NCBI GenBank assembly: GCA_963727705.1 | Contig: CAVSHK010000017.1 | Location: 9,012-73,011, forward strand | DNA from: an uncultured Bacteroidota bacterium | GTDB taxonomy: Bacteria; Bacteroidota; Bacteroidia; 2-12-FULL-35-15 | Direction: 5' to 3' | Length of the DNA: 64,000 nt | In this document: piece by piece, positions 39,091-48,543 of the stretch | Position numbering within the stretch: the first letter of the stretch is position 1 | How the letters are laid out: every line of letters starts with the position of its first letter | Translations under genes and position numbers: made by a program | The notes under the pieces: generated by a model | Seen by the model: the letters and a program-made list of their open reading frames with translations, nothing else | Database searches by the model: none | Told to the model about the DNA's origin: nothing

Positions 39091-39120
39091 ACGGCTGTGT
39101 AGTATTACACAGCCGTTTTT
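39091..39120 (+). terminator. Rho-independent terminator after sucD
   Basis: ACGGCTGTG-tagtatta-CACAGCCGT followed by TTTTT. Confidence 0.75.
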
Positions 39121-39156
39121 GTAACTATAAATTATTAATAATTAAATTTAATTTTA

Positions 39157-39903
39157 ATGAAATTACTGGAAGGAAAAACGGCATTAATTACAGGAGCATC
39201 ACGTGGAATTGGACGTGGTATAGCATTGAAATTTGCAGAGCAAGGAGCCAATGTGGCTTTCACTTATTTATCATCTGTTGAAAAAGGTTTGGAATTACAA
39301 AAAGAATTGGAGGCATTTGGGGTAAAAGCTAAAGGATATCGTTCAGATGCAGGAGATTTTAAAGCGGCAGAACAACTTGTAAATGATGCTGCTGCCGACT
39401 TTGGTGTTATTGATGTACTTGTTAACAATGCAGGTATTACGCGTGACACATTGCTGATGCGCATGAGCGAACAACAATGGGATGAAGTGATGACAGCCAA
39501 TTTAAAATCGGTATTTAATTTAACCAAAGCCATTACTAAACCAATGCTTAAACAACGAAAAGGTTCTATCATAAATATTAGTTCGGTGGTGGGCGTTAAA
39601 GGTAATGCCGGACAAGCAAATTATGCGGCTTCAAAAGCGGGTATTATTGGATTTACCAAATCTGTTGCATTGGAATTGGGTTCGCGCAACATTCGCAGTA
39701 ACGCAATAGCTCCTGGTTTTATTGAAACGGAAATGACCGCCGCACTTGATCCAAAAACTGTTGAAAGCTGGAGAGAAGGCATTCCAATGAAACGCGGTGG
39801 AACATCAGAAGATGTAGCTAATGCCGTAGTTTTTTTAGCTTCTGACATGAGTGCATATATAACAGGACAAGTGATTAATGTTTGCGGTGGCATGCTTACT
39901 TAG
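39157..39903 (+). CDS. fabG: 3-oxoacyl-[acyl-carrier-protein] reductase
   Basis: 248 aa SDR with TGASRGIGRGIA, NNAG and YAASKAG. Confidence 0.9.
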   Translation: MKLLEGKTALITGASRGIGRGIALKFAEQGANVAFTYLSSVEKGLELQKELEAFGVKAKGYRSDAGDFKAAEQLVNDAAADFGVIDVLVNNAGITRDTLLMRMSEQQWDEVMTANLKSVFNLTKAITKPMLKQRKGSIINISSVVGVKGNAGQANYAASKAGIIGFTKSVALELGSRNIRSNAIAPGFIETEMTAALDPKTVESWREGIPMKRGGTSEDVANAVVFLASDMSAYITGQVINVCGGMLT

Positions 39904-39921
39904 TCAAATTCTATAATACGG

Positions 39922-39970
39922 AACAACCCGATATTTATTTCCATTAGAGAAAAATATCGGGTTGTTTTGT
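39922..39970 (+). terminator. Rho-independent terminator after fabG
   Basis: A 15-bp perfect stem, AACAACCCGATATTT / AAATATCGGGTTGTT, followed by TTGT. Confidence 0.7.
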
Positions 39971-40044
39971 ATACAACGGTAACATATTTTCAATAGCGAA
40001 TATGTGATATGCTATTTTACCCGTAAGTAAGGCTTAATAAGAAT

Positions 40045-40078
40045 AAAATAAAAAAGCACTGAAAACAATTTCAGGGCT
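40045..40078 (-). terminator. Rho-independent terminator after rny
   Basis: The minus strand reads AGCCCTGAAA-ttgt-TTTCAGTGCT (one mismatch) followed by TTTTTTATTTTATT. Confidence 0.6.
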
Positions 40079-40101
40079 TTTACAAAAGATTAATCAGAGA
40101 A

Positions 40102-41643
40102 TTATTTAGCAATACTTACTGCTCTTGTTTCTCTGATAACTGTAATTTTAACTTGCCCCGGATAAGTCATTTCCGTTTGAATACGTTGTGAAATATCAAA
40201 TGCCAATGTTTCTGCATCTTTATCACTCACTTTATCGCACGATACCAATACACGCAGTTCTCTACCAGCTTGGATTGCATATGTTTTTTCAACTCCGGGA
40301 TATGATAATGCCAAGGCCTCCAAATCTTTTAAACGTTTGATATATTGCTCCACCACCTCACGGCGCGCACCCGGGCGAGCTCCAGATATGGCATCACACA
40401 CTTGCACGATAGGAGAAATTAATGTGGTCATTTCTATTTCATCGTGATGAGCACCAATGGCATTGCATACTTCAGGTTTTTCTTTGAATTTTTCAGCCAG
40501 TTGCATCCCTAAAATAGCATGTGGTATTTCCGGTGAATCATCCGGTACTTTTCCAATATCGTGTAATAATCCTGCACGTTTTGCTAATTTCACATTTAGC
40601 CCTAACTCAGCAGCCATTGTTGCACAAAGGTTAGCTACTTCGCGCGAGTGTTGTAATAAATTTTGCCCATATGATGAACGGTATTTCATACGGCCTACCA
40701 TACGAATCAATTCAGGATGTAATCCATGAATACCTAGGTCTATAGTAGTACGTTTACCGGTTTCTATAACTTCTTCTTCTATTTGTTTTTTTACTTTTTC
40801 TACAACTTCTTCAATACGTGCAGGATGAATACGCCCGTCAGTTACCAGTTGATGCAAGGACAAACGTGCAATCTCTCTGCGTATTGGGTCAAACCCTGAT
40901 AAGATGATTGCCCCCGGAGTATCATCAACAATAATTTCAACACCTGTGGCAGCTTCCAGCGCTCGAATATTGCGCCCTTCCCTACCAATGATTCTTCCTT
41001 TTACCTCATCACTTTCAATATTAAATACAGAAACTGAATTATCAATGGCGTGCTCGGTAGCAACACGCTGAATGGTTTGTATCACAACTTTTTTTGCTTC
41101 CTGATTGGCTGAAATCTTTGCCTCTTCCATGATGTCTTTTATATGCACCATTGCGGCTGTTCTGGCCTCTGCCTTTAATGATTCCACCAATTGAGTCTTT
41201 GCTTCTTCGGCTTTCATACCACTAAGCACTTCTAACTGCTCCACTTGCTGTTTGTGAAACTTTTCTAATTCTTCTTGCTTAGCTGTAACTATCTCCATTT
41301 GAGATGTCAGTTTTTTTCTGATAGCATCCAACTCAGTATCTTTTCGCTGTACCTGTTCTTGCTTTTGAGAAAGCGATTGTTCCTTTTGTTTTAAGCGAGT
41401 TTCGGTTTGTTGCACTGCCAGATTTTTTTCATTAATCATTTTTTCGTGCTCCGATTTCAGTTGCAAAAATTTTTCTTTCGCCTGTAATATTTTATCTTTT
41501 TTAACCATCTCCGCCTTTTCCTCAGCTTCTCTGATAATCTGTTCGGCTTTGTCTTTGTTGGTTTTTGTCAGAAATAAAAAGGTAAGATAAGCTCCCAAGG
41601 CAAGTCCTCCTAATGCCATCGCTACTATAATCAGTGCATTCAT
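40102..41643 (-). CDS. rny: Ribonuclease Y
   Basis: Internal ATG 41643 gives [20 protein letters not shown], an N-terminal TM helix, followed by a coiled coil, a KH domain ([12 protein letters not shown]) and an HD domain (LLHDIGK). Confidence 0.92.
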   Translation of the reverse strand: MNALIIVAMALGGLALGAYLTFLFLTKTNKDKAEQIIREAEEKAEMVKKDKILQAKEKFLQLKSEHEKMINEKNLAVQQTETRLKQKEQSLSQKQEQVQRKDTELDAIRKKLTSQMEIVTAKQEELEKFHKQQVEQLEVLSGMKAEEAKTQLVESLKAEARTAAMVHIKDIMEEAKISANQEAKKVVIQTIQRVATEHAIDNSVSVFNIESDEVKGRIIGREGRNIRALEAATGVEIIVDDTPGAIILSGFDPIRREIARLSLHQLVTDGRIHPARIEEVVEKVKKQIEEEVIETGKRTTIDLGIHGLHPELIRMVGRMKYRSSYGQNLLQHSREVANLCATMAAELGLNVKLAKRAGLLHDIGKVPDDSPEIPHAILGMQLAEKFKEKPEVCNAIGAHHDEIEMTTLISPIVQVCDAISGARPGARREVVEQYIKRLKDLEALALSYPGVEKTYAIQAGRELRVLVSCDKVSDKDAETLAFDISQRIQTEMTYPGQVKITVIRETRAVSIAK

Positions 41644-41774
41644 AATGTTATTTGGTTTAAGTATTAATAAATATCCCTTGTTTTGATTTTTATTTATTAT
41701 AAAAAAAACGTTAGGGCAGCATGATGAGCCGATGAGAATTTTTTTGTTTTTTAGCGCATACACTAAAAAACTTG

Positions 41775-42062
41775 CTAAGCTTGCTTTTGAAGATAATCAG
41801 AGACAAACAAATCTAATTGATTGATAAGATTTTTGTCTGCCTCAAGGCCTTTATTAGAAGTAGTTTGTTGAGATGTTAATAAATTAAGTGCGCACATCGC
41901 CAGTAAGTCCTGTTTGTCGCGCACCGAATAATTTTGCTCAAATTCTTTTATTTTATCATTAATTGCTTTAGCAACTTCCAGCACCCGAACTTCCTCTTCC
42001 TGTTTAACAAGAATGGGATAAGTGCGACCAGCTATTAAAACTTTTAACGATACTTCAGCCAT
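41775..42062 (-). CDS. zapA: Cell division protein ZapA
   Basis: 95 aa. [13 protein letters not shown]...[13 protein letters not shown] is the ZapA pattern, and the gene sits immediately upstream of rny. Confidence 0.75.
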   Translation of the reverse strand: MAEVSLKVLIAGRTYPILVKQEEEVRVLEVAKAINDKIKEFEQNYSVRDKQDLLAMCALNLLTSQQTTSNKGLEADKNLINQLDLFVSDYLQKQA

Positions 42063-42116
42063 TGTTATAGTTTTGTTAAGTTTTTTTATTGAATGTAAAA
42101 AAACAGAACTATCGGT

Positions 42117-42407
42117 TTACTTCAAAAGAGCTATGCAATCGTCTATTTCCTGCACAAGCTCATTAATTTTTTGTTTTGAATCTTCTATTATTTGGTTTTG
42201 TTCTTCGCTTTTTCTTTCTATTAACTGTTGTTTTTCTAATTCTAATGAATCTAATGTTGTTTTTTGTTCTGTAATTGTATTTAATAAACTCTTATTCTCA
42301 TTCCACAACTGTTCATTTTCATGTTTTAATTGTTGGTGTAAAGAAACTAATTTTTCAATTTTAGCTTTTAAGTCTGATATAGTTGTAGTTAAGTCGTTCA
42401 TTATCAA
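42117..42407 (-). CDS. Small coiled-coil protein, unknown function (upstream of zapA)
   Basis: 96 aa, almost entirely heptad-like and rich in E/K/Q/L. It shares a predicted promoter with zapA-rny. Confidence 0.5.
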   Translation of the reverse strand: MIMNDLTTTISDLKAKIEKLVSLHQQLKHENEQLWNENKSLLNTITEQKTTLDSLELEKQQLIERKSEEQNQIIEDSKQKINELVQEIDDCIALLK

Positions 42408-42433
42408 TTTAAAGAATATAGTACGTTTTTTGA

Positions 42434-42441
42434 CAAATATA
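42434..42441 (-). promoter_or_regulatory. -7 box TATATTTG upstream of the coiled-coil/zapA/rny genes
   Basis: Exact motif match, 26 nt upstream of ATG 42407. It is divergent from the M23 peptidase promoter. Confidence 0.45.
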
Positions 42442-42490
42442 AGGTTGAAATTTTAAATATCAAAATATTTATTGAATAGTTTGATTTACC

Positions 42491-42498
42491 TACTTTTG
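42491..42498 (+). promoter_or_regulatory. -7 box TACTTTTG immediately upstream of the M23 peptidase gene
   Basis: Exact motif match. Only 7 nt separate the motif G from ATG 42506. Confidence 0.45.
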
Positions 42499-42505
42499 CG
42501 GGCGT

Positions 42506-44248
42506 ATGAAGCACATTCTAATAAGCATTACCATCATTTACAGTTGTTGGTTTACCTCGTTTGCCCAATATTCTTATCCTAAGGACTACTTTATCTCTCC
42601 CATTGCATCAGAATTAAAACTGGTAGGTAACTTCGGGGAAATACGTCCTGATCATTTTCATTCGGGAATTGACATTTCAACCGAAGGTAAAGAAGGAATA
42701 CCTATATATGCAATAGCAGATGGTTTTATTTCGAGAATAAACATCAGCGCATATGGTTATGGGAAGGCGCTTTATATTGACCATTCCAATGGATATACAA
42801 GTGTTTATGCGCATTTAAAAAGTTTCAATTCTACCATTGGTGCTTTTGCTAAAAACATTCAATATTTAAAAGAGTCCTTTGATATTGATACGTTATTACT
42901 TCCTCTTTTATTCGTAAAGAAAGGTGATATTATCGGTTATTCAGGAAATTCAGGCAGCTCACAGGGACCTCATTTACACTTTGAAATACGCGATACTAAA
43001 ACAGAAATGCCGATTAATCCGCTTTTTTTTGGATACAAAATAAAAGATGATGTCCCTCCTCACATGATATCATTAACCATTTATCCTCTTTCTTCTGCAT
43101 CATCCATTAATGGCAAACAGAAAATTAAAAAAATGGACATTAAGCCGGATGGAGAGTTTTATACAGTAAATAAATCGGACACCTTAATTATACATGGGGA
43201 AACAGGTTTTGGTATAGAATGTTTTGATACTGAAACCGGATCTACTAATCCCAACGCTGTTTTTTCTATAGAATTGCAATCTGGCGGAAAACGAATGTAT
43301 TATGCCGAATTTGAAAAATTTGCATTTGCAGACACCCGATACGTGAACACTCATATTGATTATCCTGAAAAAGAAATTAATAATATAAAAATTCAAAAAT
43401 GTTTCGTTTCAAAAAACAATCAGTTGAGCATCTATAAAGGATTAAGAAATTATGGGATAATGAATTTTAACGACAATTCGGATCACTGGATGCGAATTAT
43501 ATTAAAGGATATTGCAGGAAATACTTCCACTTTAATTTTTAAAGTAAAAGGAACTACTACCGAAATAACCACAAAAGATACCGCTTTAGTTAGCCGCGAA
43601 AAAACTTATTGCGATACGCTGTTCAATTGCGAAGCCGACAATCACTACAAAGATGACAATATTGAAGTAAATATTCCTATAAATGCTTTGTACGATGATG
43701 TTTTTTTTACAATTAACAAATTTCCTAAAAATGTTGACACTTATTCACCCGTTTATCGCATTCAAAATAAGGAAACCGCTATTCACATCCCCTATCTATT
43801 AAGAATAAAAACGAGCAACCTGCCGGTTCAATTACAAAAAAAGGCAGTCATGGTAACACTTACACCAAAAGGTAATTATCATTATATTGGCGGTAGTTAT
43901 GCTGAGGGTTGGGTTACAGCCAATCCAAAGGTATTTGGTAATTTCACCATTACAACTGATACTACTGCACCCTATATCAATCCACTATTTAAAACATTTG
44001 CTAAAAGTGGAGCTGATTTTTCAAATACTAACGAAATAAGAATTGCTATCATTGATAACCTTTCCGGTATTAATACTTACAGAGGAACGATTGATGACAA
44101 GTGGGTATTGTTTGAATACGATGCAAAATCAAATGTATTAACCTATACATTTGATGAACGGGTTAAACCCGGAAATCATGTACTAAGGCTTGAAGTGACT
44201 GACAATGCAGAAAACAAATCGAATTTAGAAATATCATTTAAGAGGTAA
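42506..44248 (+). CDS. M23 family metallopeptidase (LytM-like) with large C-terminal extension
   Basis: 580 aa with a signal peptide and M23 motifs HFHSGIDI and GNSGSSQGPHLHFEIR. Confidence 0.88.
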   Translation: MKHILISITIIYSCWFTSFAQYSYPKDYFISPIASELKLVGNFGEIRPDHFHSGIDISTEGKEGIPIYAIADGFISRINISAYGYGKALYIDHSNGYTSVYAHLKSFNSTIGAFAKNIQYLKESFDIDTLLLPLLFVKKGDIIGYSGNSGSSQGPHLHFEIRDTKTEMPINPLFFGYKIKDDVPPHMISLTIYPLSSASSINGKQKIKKMDIKPDGEFYTVNKSDTLIIHGETGFGIECFDTETGSTNPNAVFSIELQSGGKRMYYAEFEKFAFADTRYVNTHIDYPEKEINNIKIQKCFVSKNNQLSIYKGLRNYGIMNFNDNSDHWMRIILKDIAGNTSTLIFKVKGTTTEITTKDTALVSREKTYCDTLFNCEADNHYKDDNIEVNIPINALYDDVFFTINKFPKNVDTYSPVYRIQNKETAIHIPYLLRIKTSNLPVQLQKKAVMVTLTPKGNYHYIGGSYAEGWVTANPKVFGNFTITTDTTAPYINPLFKTFAKSGADFSNTNEIRIAIIDNLSGINTYRGTIDDKWVLFEYDAKSNVLTYTFDERVKPGNHVLRLEVTDNAENKSNLEISFKR

Positions 44249-44292
44249 AAAAAATGGCAACCAAGAGTGAGTTCCTGATTGCCATTTTTCGT
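44247..44292. terminator. Bidirectional terminator hairpin between the M23 peptidase gene and the SRPBCC/pyrE genes
   Basis: Stem AAAATGGCAA / TTGCCATTTT with an 18-nt loop. It is flanked by an A8 run (T8 on the minus strand) and by TTTTC on the plus strand. Confidence 0.55.
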
Positions 44293-44308
44293 AAATAAAC
44301 CAAGTATA

Positions 44309-44716
44309 TTATGCTATCGCCGTATTTAATTTAGAAGCCATGTAGTTAAAAAATTTGCCCATTGGTCCGGCTACCATCATTTTCATCATTGGATTCAAAT
44401 CTGCTTCAAAGGTCATAACTGCATTACATTTATTAGCATCTACCTCTGTTATCACTGTAGTTAGCGTGAAAGCAAAAGGGACTTTTCCATGCGACCCAAT
44501 TACAATTTTTGAATTTGGTGTTTTTTCAGATACCTTCATCCCTATCGAAGCCATACCATTTAAGGTATATGAACAGTCATCAGTTGTTGATTGCCAATTA
44601 GTAACCTGCGATGGCATTAATTTTTCGTGATTATTCAAATCACTCAGGAAGTTAAATACTTTTTCAGCGGAATGGTTTATTTCCACTTTGTCACTTTCAA
44701 TTACAGTTAACGACAT
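44309..44716 (-). CDS. SRPBCC (START/Bet v1-like) family protein
   Basis: 135 aa with size and pattern typical of the SRPBCC fold. It lies downstream of pyrE on the same strand. Confidence 0.55.
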   Translation of the reverse strand: MSLTVIESDKVEINHSAEKVFNFLSDLNNHEKLMPSQVTNWQSTTDDCSYTLNGMASIGMKVSEKTPNSKIVIGSHGKVPFAFTLTTVITEVDANKCNAVMTFEADLNPMMKMMVAGPMGKFFNYMASKLNTAIA

Positions 44717-44771
44717 ATTTTATATTTTTATAGTGAATAAATAATTAGAATTCTTTTAAAATAATGACTGT

Positions 44772-45413
44772 CTATACGCCCCACTTTGAAGGATTTTCAC
44801 GCCATTCTTTAAGCGAAGCAATATCTTTATCGGTAATATATGTTGACTCAACGGCTTGCTGCAACAAAGTAGAATAATTACTTAATGTTACCAATTTGCA
44901 CTTTGCTTTTTTAAAACTCTCTGATGCCGTTTTAAATTCATATGTAAAAATAGCAGCCATCCCTTTTACATCACATCCTGCCTCCTTCAACGCCTCCAGT
45001 GCCTTTAAGCTACTTGAACCAGTCGAAACCAAATCTTCTATAATAACCACCGACTGACCTTTTTCAACTACCCCTTCTATTAGATTAGACAATCCATGCT
45101 TTTTAGCCTCCGATCGTACATAAACAAATGGCAACCCCATTTCCTGTGCCACCAACACACCAATAGCAATTCCACCTGTTGCCACACCTGCTATTACGTC
45201 AGGCTTTCCAAAAGTTTCGCTTATTACGTCAACAAACTGCTGACGAATATAGGTCCGTATTTTAGGATACGATAAAACAACCCTGTTATCGCAATAAATT
45301 GGAGACTTTATGCCCGACGCCCATGTAAAAGGATTTTGGGGTTGTATTTTAATTGCTTTAATTTGTAATAAAAATTCCGCTACTTTTAACGCGTGTTCAT
45401 TATTCGTTTTCAT
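44772..45413 (-). CDS. pyrE: Orotate phosphoribosyltransferase
   Basis: 213 aa with FTWASGIKSPIYCDNR and the PRPP-binding motif VVIIEDLVSTGSS. Confidence 0.92.
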   Translation of the reverse strand: MKTNNEHALKVAEFLLQIKAIKIQPQNPFTWASGIKSPIYCDNRVVLSYPKIRTYIRQQFVDVISETFGKPDVIAGVATGGIAIGVLVAQEMGLPFVYVRSEAKKHGLSNLIEGVVEKGQSVVIIEDLVSTGSSSLKALEALKEAGCDVKGMAAIFTYEFKTASESFKKAKCKLVTLSNYSTLLQQAVESTYITDKDIASLKEWRENPSKWGV

Positions 45414-45417
45414 GCCC

Positions 45418-45425
45418 CAAAGGTA
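45418..45425 (-). promoter_or_regulatory. -7 box TACCTTTG immediately upstream of pyrE
   Basis: Exact motif match. Only 4 nt (GGGC) separate the motif G from ATG 45413. Confidence 0.45.
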
Positions 45426-45472
45426 TAAAATATATTTACTAAAATAGTTACATTTTGTTGAATAAAGCTGCT

Positions 45473-46081
45473 ATGATAAAAATTTTCGCACCAGAAAAAA
45501 CAGTTTATTTAACGGATGGTAAACCAACGTTAAAAGCAAGTTCAGGAGTTATTTGCATTCCTATTTCATCGCAGGAAGAACTCAACTTAAAATACCATGA
45601 AGTAGTTAATAATCAGCAATTAACGGAAGTTTATTTCATAAATAAAAATCTAGATCTGTTATTTGATTATTTTAGTTCTCTATATACTATTATTAATGCC
45701 GCTGGCGGATTAGTAAGAAATAATAAAAATGAATGGTTGTTTATTTTCAGAAATGGCAAATGGGACTTGCCAAAAGGTAAAATTGAAAAAGGTGAAGCTA
45801 TTGAAACAGCCGCTATCAGAGAAGTTGAGGAAGAATGTGGAATTAGTAAGCTTAATATAGTTAAAAAACTTTCTCCTACCTACCATATTTATTCATTAAA
45901 AGGAAAGATGGTTTTAAAACGTACATATTGGTTTGAAATGACTTGTTCTGATGTATCTCCATTAATTCCACAAATGGAAGAAGGAATTACTGATGTTAAA
46001 TGGTTTAATTTGGCTGAGGCAAAACAATCTTCCGAAAACACATACGAATCAATAAAAGACATTCTGAAATATATTAATTAA
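45473..46081 (+). CDS. NUDIX hydrolase
   Basis: The Nudix box GKIEKGEAIETAAIREVEEECGI is present. ATG 45473 is preferred over the TTG at 45455. Confidence 0.85.
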   Translation: MIKIFAPEKTVYLTDGKPTLKASSGVICIPISSQEELNLKYHEVVNNQQLTEVYFINKNLDLLFDYFSSLYTIINAAGGLVRNNKNEWLFIFRNGKWDLPKGKIEKGEAIETAAIREVEEECGISKLNIVKKLSPTYHIYSLKGKMVLKRTYWFEMTCSDVSPLIPQMEEGITDVKWFNLAEAKQSSENTYESIKDILKYIN

Positions 46082-46226
46082 CTATAATTGCTAGTTAAAA
46101 AGTAGGGGGTAGTCAATGATTAAGAACTTTTGTTTTAAAAACCCAAAAAAATAAAGCCATCGACAATTAAAAATAAAATTGTTCGTACAAGTAATATTCA
46201 ACGTTAGGTTTGCTGAGTAAAACTTC

Positions 46227-47150
46227 TTACCTGCCAGTTACAAAGTTCAACTGCTCATCCAAAATTTTTAGACCTTCAGTAAAAGAACGAGGATTGTATC
46301 CCAGTACTTTTCTTGCTTTATCAATAATAAAACCTGTGTATGGAGGGCGTTTGGCAGCTTGGTTTAATGTGTCGGATTTGGTAATGGAGATCAGTGATTT
46401 ATCCAATTTCCAGAAATCTGCAACCTGATAAACTAAATCTAATATGCTATAAGTACAAGGGCCTGATAAATGAAAAATTCCTTCTGCCCCTTTATCAGCA
46501 ATTAAAATACAGCCATTGGCCAAATCTTCGGCAAATGTAGGAGCGCGAAATTGATCATCTATCACATTTATTTTTTGTCCTTTGCCTAATGCGTCTTTTG
46601 CCCACAGTACAAGATTGCTGCGACTCATATTATCAACAATTCCATAAATAATGATGGTGCGTGCAATAGCCCACTTAATACTGCTTTTCTGTACGATTTT
46701 TTCTGATTCAAATTTTGAAAGCGCATAATAACTCAAAGGGTTAGGGGCATCAGTTTCAACATATTCTGAGCCTTTCATTCCATCAAAAACAAAGTCGGTA
46801 GAAAGATGAATAAAATGCGTAGTTGGGGAATATTGTTGAATGGCATCCACCATGTATTGAACCGCATTTACATTAATCGCCCAACATTCATCACGTTTTG
46901 TTTCGCATAAATCAACATTGGTCATTGCGGCAGTATTAATTAGCGCATCGGGTTTGAATTTTTTAATTATAGTTTCAACCTGAATTTTATCAGTAATATC
47001 AAGCGATTGATAAGTATAACCATCTTTGCTTAACATTCTGTTTTCCCCAACAGAAGTAGCAATGATAGTTACATCCTTACGATTTACTAATGCCTTAATT
47101 ATTTTTTGCCCTAAAAGACCGTTACTGCCTGTGATTAAAATAGATTTCAT
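46227..47150 (-). CDS. NAD(P)-dependent SDR, dTDP-4-dehydrorhamnose reductase (RmlD)-like
   Basis: 307 aa with ILITGSNGLLGQ (Rossmann fold), a YALSK catalytic motif and RmlD-like length. Confidence 0.65.
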   Translation of the reverse strand: MKSILITGSNGLLGQKIIKALVNRKDVTIIATSVGENRMLSKDGYTYQSLDITDKIQVETIIKKFKPDALINTAAMTNVDLCETKRDECWAINVNAVQYMVDAIQQYSPTTHFIHLSTDFVFDGMKGSEYVETDAPNPLSYYALSKFESEKIVQKSSIKWAIARTIIIYGIVDNMSRSNLVLWAKDALGKGQKINVIDDQFRAPTFAEDLANGCILIADKGAEGIFHLSGPCTYSILDLVYQVADFWKLDKSLISITKSDTLNQAAKRPPYTGFIIDKARKVLGYNPRSFTEGLKILDEQLNFVTGR

Positions 47151-47221
47151 AAATGGAACGCTGATTTATATGACAAATAATGATTTAAAAATAAAGTTTT
47201 CTATATATACTTTTCTCTCAA

Positions 47222-48231
47222 CTAAACTAAAAGTGCTTTTAACTTTTTAATTTGTTCTGTAGTGCCTAAAACAAAGAGTTTGGCATCGGGAATGATTTTT
47301 GTATCTGCACTTGGGTTAATTACGTATTCGCTGTTAGAAGTTTTAAATCCGATAATATTTGCACCTGATTTACTTCCTATTTCAAGCTCTTTAATGGTTT
47401 TGTTTCTGTATTTTTGAGATAGATTTTCAAATGTAATTTCTTCCAAGCGAATGTTGTCACCACCTTGTCCCGTAATGATATCCACAAACTCCATCACATC
47501 GGGTTGCATTACCAATGAAGCCATATGTGCACCACCAATCTTATCGGGCATTATCACATTATCAGCACCTGCTATTTTAAGTTTTTTGTCCGTATTTTCT
47601 TCTGAAGCACGACTGATAATAGTCAATTTAGGATTTAATGATCTTGCCGAAAGCACAATAAACAAGTTGTCTGCATCAACCGGAAGAGTTGTTATCAATG
47701 CTTTTGCTTTTAAAATACCTGCACGCAACAATACTTCATCCTGAGTGGAATCTCCCTGTACAACTAAATCGGCATGCTTTTGATTCAAAGAAGTAATCAC
47801 TTCTTTTTTTCTTCAATTACAACAAAACGCTTATGATGCTTTTTAAGCACATGCGCGGCTTGTTTACCATTACGACCATAACCACATATAATAACGTGAT
47901 CTTCCAATTTTTTTATTGATTCGTTCACCTTATAAATTTTAAAATAACGGTTAAACTCTCCATCCATCACATATCTAGAAATAGAGGTGATTGCATAAGC
48001 AAAAGTACCAAAACTTGTGATAATTAAAAATGCAGTAAATAATCGTCCCGCATCGCTCAAAGGATGCACTTCGTTATATCCAACAGTTGCAACAGTTATA
48101 ATGGTCATGTAAAAGGCATCGAAAAGAGTATAGTGCTCTATAAGCATATACCCTGCAATGCCCATTAAAACAATGCCAACCAACAAAAAAATGGAGAAAT
48201 ATATTTTGGAGAAAAGTTTAAAAGAAAACAC
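47222..48231 (-). pseudogene. Potassium channel protein (2-TM pore + TrkA-N/TrkA-C RCK domains), frameshifted in an A7 tract as sequenced
   Basis: Fragment 47797..48231 has the selectivity filter TVATVGYNE and the start of the RCK domain (ICGYGRNGK). Fragment 47222..47800 holds the rest of RCK. The junction is GAAGAAAAAAAGAAGTGA (plus-strand T7 at 47804-47810). An eighth A gives ..IEEKKEVITSLNQ... The span is 1010 nt (3n+2). Confidence 0.8.
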
Positions 48232-48286
48232 GCTATGTCTGTTGAAAGTTAAAGAGCCAAAAATTGAAAGGATGGTTTACCTATGA

Positions 48287-48517
48287 TTATAAGTCCCAAA
48301 CACTGCGACGTTTATTGGAAGACAACTTAAAGTATTTTTTATTTTCGAGTATAAACGCCATGATGAAATAAATGATGATAGGAGAACCCACCGTAAAAAA
48401 AGAAAGATAAATAAAGTACATGCGTATTTTAGTAGTGCTTATGCCTAGCTTATTGCCCCACCATTCGCAAACACCAAAGGCTTGCTGTTCAAACCAGGAT
48501 GTTATTTTTTTTATCAT
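48287..48517 (-). CDS. PspC domain-containing membrane protein
   Basis: From internal ATG 48517 the protein reads MIKKITSWFEQQAFGVCEWWGNKLGISTTKIRMYFIYLSF.., a PspC-type pattern. This start removes the overlap with the upstream gene. Confidence 0.6.
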   Translation of the reverse strand: MIKKITSWFEQQAFGVCEWWGNKLGISTTKIRMYFIYLSFFTVGSPIIIYFIMAFILENKKYFKLSSNKRRSVWDL

Positions 48518-48543
48518 TGCTTGTATTTTTTTAGAAGACCAAG

